Positions 1 through 64,000 of a stretch of 64,000 bases of DNA are shown in pieces. How positions within the stretch are numbered: the stretch's first letter is position 1; every line of letters starts with the position of its first letter. The stretch covers positions 1,922,001-1,986,000 of the forward strand of contig JBPQGU010000016.1 of NCBI GenBank assembly GCA_051362555.1. Direction: 5' to 3'. The notes under the pieces were generated by a model. That model did not search any database, was not told the origin of the DNA, and was given only the letters and a program-made list of their open reading frames with translations. Both the position numbers and the translations under genes were made by a program. The stretch comes from Lingula anatina (lineage: Eukaryota > Animalia > Brachiopoda).

Positions 1-168
1 CAATGGAGCGCTCACTACAATTTACTTCAATTAAGCCTCATCTCAAAGACTGCGTGTATTTTGTCAATAAGTCAAAGTGTGGATACTGTCACAATACTCT
101 TTACTCTTGGCAAACATCGACTTAAACCTATATCTGAATGGTGTTATGTTTGTCAAAAAAATACTTAC

Positions 169-57306
<57,138 letters not shown>

Positions 57307-57776
57307 TTTGTTTCTATGGAAACTGGGAAAGTATTACCAGTAAGTGTGAAATGTTGCGAATTTTCCTGACCGACCGTTAGACGTCAAAAAACAGCCATGT
57401 TGTATATTTCCCTCTTTTTGAATTAGTGTGTCCTCGTCTTAAAAAGGGTTACCTGAAAAGAAATTACAAACGTGAGCTCATTAAGTCAATAAGTAAGCCA
57501 CGAACAGACTTTTTTATAAAGCTGACTTCGCTCCCCAGACTCGTTGCAAAACGACCTTTACCAAGATCAAATATAGTTTTCCCTTGTTCATCTGGATTTC
57601 CTGTGCATACTTTGTACTCTGTAGCAAAATTAAAAAAAAAACATAAGGAAAAAATAAATAAGTAAAAAAAAAACTTGTTAAGCCGGCTTAGCATCACTTT
57701 GTACGGCCATTATAAATATCGCAGATCGAGTCTCGAAAGATTTATCAAATTGGTGAATTAAATACCCGACACTTTA

Positions 57777-57777
<1 letters not shown>

Positions 57778-57818
<41 letters not shown>
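57778..57818. repeat. (AC)n microsatellite
   Basis: Seen directly. Confidence 0.95.
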
Positions 57819-57821
<3 letters not shown>

Positions 57822-58736
57822 TAAGAAAAAAATGCAAAACATATTTGGCAGAGCCCAAGTGGCTCTAACTACTCAACTGCCTGCACACTTGTTGGTAATG
57901 GGTGCAGCACTGTCCCTTTTATTGGAAGGCTAAGCATTGATATTTGGCAAGAGTAATCATATGTAGTAGTAGCCTATAACAAAAATGTTAAAAAGCAGTG
58001 TGATTTCATATAGTATTTTAAGGGGTCCTGATATTAGAGGGTACATCACCAACTACACCACCACCAGAGTGCACTTCCACCCAAATGCCACGGTGACACC
58101 GTGCGCCAATATCATATGGTCCCCCATTGTGGCGATTATTTGTAAGCTTAGAACTCGCGTACTGTCTACATTCCGAAGGAGATATCTGATCTCCGAGGTA
58201 AACTGGAGATCTTCCATACAACAAGCGGTAGCACTATTGTTAAACAACACTACAGTGATAGGGGGCTATTGTGAGAAAGCACGTGATGGTTTTGCGTTAT
58301 TTACTGAGCGTGCTGTGGACACCACTTCGTATCTTCGTCTGACCAAGCCTGTGTTTTCTTGGTCTGACCTTCACATAGACGGTAGTAAACATGTAGGGTA
58401 AGGGTTAGGATTAGGATTTTTGACCGCCTGTCTTTTCATATTTTAGAATATGTCCAGTAAGACGGTAAAAAATATGATACACTGTGTCAGTCTAGAAAAA
58501 GGGTGGAACAGTTCGCGAGATTTTCTGTCTGGATCAGCAGCTTTCCCCTTTCTTTTTTTTCTTTTTTTTTCATTTATAGTCGGACCAAAGCTGATAGGGG
58601 GTAATTAACTATCGCTTAGCAACTTCAGTAGGTGTGTCAGACATCTAAGCCGCTTAAGCTGAAAGCAATTTAGCGAGAAACCCTTCGGAGATCGATCTAG
58701 GTATGGGAATGGGGTGTAAGTACACTAAATAAGATA

Positions 58737-58942
58737 ACTAGAAAAGCACTCCGAGAGTGAAGACCTCCGCCAATTTTTTTTTTTATTATTTTTATTGATT
58801 ATTAATTGATTTTTGATCCAGATTACCACCAAAAAATTTCATCAAAATCGGTCCATAACTTTCTGAGTTATGTTGATGACAGACAGACAAACAAACAAAC
58901 AAACAAACAGGGGTGAAAACATAACCTCCTTGGCGCAGGTAA
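58737..58942 (-). mobile_element. Short Helentron-associated (HINE/DINE-1-like) non-autonomous element
   Basis: Minus strand: 5' TTACCTGCGCCAAGGAGGT, (GTTT/GTCT)n tract, sub-terminal inverted TTGGCGGAGGT, 3' hairpin CACTCTCGGAGTG, CTAGT end. Confidence 0.7.
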
Positions 58943-59981
58943 CAATGGGTTACCGTCGTTCCTAAGATAGCAGTCGGGTGTTACGCCGACGACCAGTGCC
59001 TGATCCAGAGAATGAATCACACACACAGTAGTAACAAACTTCTAGGAAGAAACTGAGAAATAAACAAACCTGTCTATATCGAGTGGTGAGGGGGGGGGGC
59101 TCTCTCTATCACGGTGGCAGATGATATAGGGAGAAATGGAAAAAGCCAAATGACTCTCTATTTATCTAGAGACATATCCGTGAATATCTGTGAAAAATCA
59201 ATCTGTCGCCTTGGTAGAGGGTAGGGGGATCGATGTTCCAAAAGCGTGTGCATTTTATTTCTGAAAATGCAGTACGGGGGGGGGGGGGGGGGGGGGGCAA
59301 TCCGCCTTGATGAGGTTCCAGTAATTTCTAAAACTAAAACTCTTATCCGTCCAGTTGCACAATATGTTTGACAGCACTTCTACTAATTAAACAAATGCCC
59401 ACTTAACCCACGTTAACGACTGCCCAAATATACTAATTATAAGTACTAACACCAGAGGATAGGCCGGCGGGATTAAGCCGGGTACATCCTTAAAGTACTC
59501 AAAAATCCTCGAAGGGAAAAATATGCCCAAATAGACCAAAAATTAGGTAGCATAAATGTTACCCTTTTGATAGATAAAATGCATAAATTGACGCTCAAAG
59601 GTATGCATTTGATTCAATGCTTGGTAAGTACCTGGCAGTATATTTAAAAAAAAAACTAATTTCGATTTGGAATCCCTATTAACAGCAATATTTCGTGTTA
59701 ATTTGATATCCTCAGCACAAACCTGCCGAACTAACACTGGATTGAGAGTCTACAGAAATAGACCATCCGCAATAGAGGTCTACATTCCCAAGTTAAGTGT
59801 ATAACGTCCCAATTCTCTCCGTCTTATTGTTTGTGGACAGGTATAACAACTCAAGTAGCAGCGTCCATTGAACGCTTAACAATCTGATGATGACCACGTC
59901 TTTGAGAAGTTATGCAATAGGCAACCACAGAATTCCCATAGACGCTTGATTCTATTATTGATCACACCTTTAGGCCAGACG

Positions 59982-60498
59982 CCACCCTTAGCTTACCTTA
60001 AACCTGGCTGCTGTAAGGTTAGAAATGTACATGTATATATGTGACCCACAAGCATGCCTTTAAATATACGACATTTCCTTAGGCACACTTGTATAATTAT
60101 AAGTTCATTTTAGATTTTTTAATGAAACGCCGTGTGGTACACGTACTTTATGATATAAGTACTGTTCTCGTACATGTGCAAAAAGTATATACCAAAAGAA
60201 AAAAATATATAGTACATCTGTCTCTTTTGCTTATGAGAATTATCAGCTTACCACCCTTGGCTTACCTTAAACCTGGCTGCTGTAAGGTTATCAATGTACG
60301 TGGATATACAGGTATGTGTGCCTCTAAATACGAACATTTCCTAGGGGACATTGTAGAATTATAAGTGTTTTTATTTTAAGATTTTAATGTCGTGTGGTAC
60401 ACGTACTTTATGATTTAATTACTGCTGACGTACATATGCAAAATTTATGTACCCAAAAGATAGTGTACCTGTCTCATTTGTTTATGAGAATAATCAGC
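59982..60498. repeat. Two-copy ~265-bp diverged tandem duplication
   Basis: CCACCCTT.GCTTACCTTAAACCTGGCTGCTGTAAGGTTA and CGTGTGGTACACGTACTTTATGAT recur at ~270-bp spacing. Confidence 0.85.
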
Positions 60499-61065
60499 TG
60501 CTGCCCCGTATACAGGGGAGTTCGTGGGGGAGGGCACCCTAGATTACTACTTGATGTACCGGTAGACTCTGTGTGAAAGCTGAAGTCGGACTAGTCGATT
60601 CGGGTTAAATGAGGTCGTAAAAAAGTCCATTAAAAAAGTATCCCTCTCACCCCACCCCCCTTTGGAATTACTGGATACAGGTTGGGCCTGTTTACACTTT
60701 CAAACTAGAAGCACAGATGTATTAGTCAGCTAATTACAAATGTCGCTATTCTACATAAACTAAGGGTAACAAGGCCACTGCCACTAAATACATGTACGAT
60801 ACCAGTAGTTTGGCTTTGTTTGCAAATTCTACCTGAACCTGTAATTAAAACACTTTCACAAAGCAGTGTCCGAGGTTAAAATGAACAGGCGCTTTCCATT
60901 GCCTTAAAAAGCTAATAATTTTGATGGCTTCGTCTTCTGGAGATATCTATCTATAGTCACCTTACGCTGTCACCTTTAATTTCTGCAGGTATTAGTGCAT
61001 TGTAAGTTTCATATTGGTGGGAAACGATCAGACAATTACACCATCACTTACTTGGTCACATGATT

Positions 61066-61066
61066 T

Positions 61067-61125
<59 letters not shown>

Positions 61126-61128
61126 TTT
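61066..61128. repeat. (TTTA)n microsatellite
   Basis: Seen directly. Confidence 0.95.
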
Positions 61129-62272
61129 TTGTCGTTTAATTCTGAACAGCACTAGCACTTCTGTAATATTTTACCTTACGAATTTATAATAAAAGAACTA
61201 CTTTGTCACCACATTTTAATCAATGTGATCATATCAGTATATGAAGTTAATATGCAGTTACTTTACATGTATGCACCATTGATTCTATTTTTCTTCAAAT
61301 AACAGTATAAAATTAATATACTATGTATTAATGTATAATTAAACCAAAAACTGTCGGATTAAGTTATCCCGTAATCTTTGTAGCAAAAGTTCTGGCTCTA
61401 TACTACACGTGTATCATGCATGCAGCAACCAATGCACTGGTGAGCCCAATAATAAAAAAGGTCGATATACGGAGAAAGGACAACACCCAAAGAATGTACA
61501 TTGTTCAGTACCTTGGTATACTATTGTTGAATTGTGATTGCGAAATCTACATGTCCTGATACTTCGAAGAACCCGTAACTTAATTTAATTTTGGAATTTA
61601 ATGGGATTTCCAGGTAACATTGTTTGCCTGTCTCTAATGTGTTTAACAGCCGTAGCTTGTCCTGTCCTGTCCGCCCCTAATTTTAGACGTGTAATATATT
61701 GCTTGTTAAATGGAGAAGTGCCAATAATCGGTCGATACTACTGTAGTATTATGATAGCGACAGCACAATACAGGTGAGGAGCTGGTCTGTAATTAATGCA
61801 CACCTTGCTAACTCCCTGAAAATAGCTCCTACTCAAAAAGGTTCATGGTCTCTCCGTGTCGGATATGAAGAACGAAAAAGATAAAAAATGCACTGGAGAG
61901 TATGCATGATAGCCTACGGAACACCCACATCCCCCCTACCCCGCTTACACTTCTATCTGACTGAAACTGCTATCAATTGTGTTTGGCTGGTTCATTACGA
62001 TGTTTAGCAAGTCCAGTCTAAAGTAGGTAACAAAAACTTAAGCAATGGCTTATTCATCGTGCTCAGTTTTTTGAAACAGCGAGCAATTGCGTTAAGGCAG
62101 AGGATTGCATTCAAGCGGCTCTGTAGCTATGTGACTGCTGTGCGTTCCTCTGTTATACCTGCGTCAAGACAACGCTGATACATGTATTGTCTCTTCACCG
62201 AAATCAACGTTAGCGTTAAATACAGCAATTACACCAATTAAGCAATTAAGTTAACACGTTTTTAACACGTAC

Positions 62273-62400
62273 CTGTCCAGTTGAGAGTCAGAGGGTCGGG
62301 GTGTCTGGTCGTAGTCAGTGAAACAGGGTGACCACTGGCCTAGTTATTGACGCCGTTCACACAACACAATACAATGCCGCTTGGGTGGAGTCAGTGAAAA
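62273..62400 (-). other. Candidate non-coding 5' UTR exon of the gene
   Basis: Donor-like CAG|gtacgt at 62273/62272 at the edge of a GC-richer patch; the ATG exon has an acceptor, so an upstream exon is expected; upper boundary unknown. Confidence 0.3.
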
Positions 62401-63816
62401 GTAAGCATGTATGAAGGGACTGCAGTTTACACATGTGCTTAAAACCCGGCGTTCAGGTTACTCGCTGTGTGTACACTCTCCTGTGTCCTCCTTCTACGTT
62501 AACTTTTTTATACAACAGAAAACCAATTATATCAGATTCTGTATAAGTGCTATATACATATATATATATTGTCTCAGACCTTAAAATTTGGACAGCGACT
62601 GCTTTATAACCCTATACCTAATTTTTTATGTTTTTGTCTCTGCAAATATCTTTACGTTTCGTGACTTAAATGATTCACAACCTAAACATGATTTTTAAAG
62701 AAAAATATTAACATTTCAAAGGGGTGAACGTCGACAATGATCAGGCTCAAGTCTCCTATTAAATATTTACATGCATATTCATTGTAAAGGGATATTTTGC
62801 GAGGTGCTTACCTAAATAAAATGGAATGCTGGACGGGGAGCTAACACAAAGGGCGGTAATATAAGCGGCGGAGTTTACCCACAACTTGTAGGCCTACACT
62901 CTCTAAAAGAGGCTATGACTTCGCATAACTCATTATGTGACGAAGTAGACCAAATGGATAGAAATATAATCATTATCAAAAAATCAGCCCCAAATATTTT
63001 TTTTAGCATTCTGTCCTGAGGTGACACAAGCATTAAAATATTTTCGAATAGGGAAACATTGATTGTTATTATTTTTTAACTTAATTTTTATTTTTTGAAA
63101 TATACACAGCACAGAAATAAATAAATAAATGCATGGTGGTATCTGGAAAGTTAAGACAAGCGTTGACGAGGGGGAGGGGAACGCCATTCAAACTATTGCG
63201 AAACAGCGAATAAGAAGGGGGGGGGATACATGAAGTCTTTTCTAATAATTGCTTGCTTCATAATGAATCTCAATTGAAATGATTGCGAAATTGCAGTTAA
63301 CAGTACATTCTCATATAGCATACTTAGTCTTTTCACGAACAGGAAATTTTCGACGCTTACAAACCATTTTAATGCTTAAATGCGTTGAACCATTACCCTT
63401 TTCATTGTCTTTTCATTATTGAAAGTATGAATCACGTCATGATCAGTCACGACTCTTATTTTGAGAAAAAATGTTGAGAGTTTAAACAGTTTAACAGTGT
63501 AAATAAAGCCAGAGAATCGCAAAGTGCGTTGTGCACTTTGACAAATTGCCCTGGACTCTCTCTCGGATACGAGCACGTACACATACAGAGACAGGAAGCC
63601 ATACATGTAGGTACACATGTTAATTTTCTGTCTATGGCGCCATGTTTTAGAATAGAACAGAATATCATCATATCATATCATATCTCAAGGTTCTTCTCGT
63701 TCTTTCTTTCATAATATGAGAAGTCATGTACCAGTGTGTACGATTAAGGGTATTTAATTGTTTAAAGGTGTTTAAAACGCTTGTATGAACGTTTTCTTCA
63801 ATAAATAAATAAATAT

Positions 63817-63859
<43 letters not shown>

Positions 63860-63860
63860 A
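63817..63860. repeat. (GAAA)n microsatellite
   Basis: Seen directly. Confidence 0.95.
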
Positions 63861-63958
63861 AAAGGAGAAGTTTAAAATTAGAATTATATTAAACTTAAAA
63901 TAAAACTAATAAATAGCTGTATTCGAACAGCAAAATCTTCAAACTAAAAAAAAAAAAC

Positions 63959-64000
<42 letters not shown>

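Noticed and set aside
57985-58401. 138-aa plus-strand ORF
   Set aside because: No recognisable motif or splice support; lies upstream of the ATG exon on the opposite strand, possibly a repeat remnant.
63946-64000. A-run, CG, T-run palindrome at the window end
   Set aside because: Low-complexity homopolymers truncated by the window edge; nothing further can be supported.

Overview
AT-rich, intron-containing animal DNA, probably invertebrate; the species cannot be identified from the sequence. Positions 1 to ~45,130 look like a 2.5-kb satellite (18 near-identical copies, period 2,475-2,553 bp, continuing off the left edge). Reading the minus strand by splice signals shows that each unit is a 7-exon cassette (33+209+268+224+127+132+117 = 1,110 nt, 370 aa). 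Each cassette encodes a short linker, two mutually homologous ~160-aa six-cysteine domains (SEA-like fold inferred) and one EGF domain, and joins the next cassette in frame. The array is in phase with a unique minus-strand region (57,306 to 47,709) encoding a Tyr-rich cytoplasmic tail, a type II transmembrane anchor, a SEA domain with a G|SVIV motif, a Thr-rich mucin stalk, a second SEA domain, an EGF and a calcium-binding EGF. The manual gene model is therefore one giant type II membrane mucin-like protein of at least ~7,370 aa and 139 coding exons in this window, with its C-terminus outside the window. Its repeats, introns included, are under concerted evolution. Introns hold two inverted copies of a 1.65-kb Tc1/mariner-type non-autonomous element bracketing three exons, smaller MITE and Helentron-type elements, two GC-AG donors at homologous positions, and microsatellites. 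No transcript evidence is available here.
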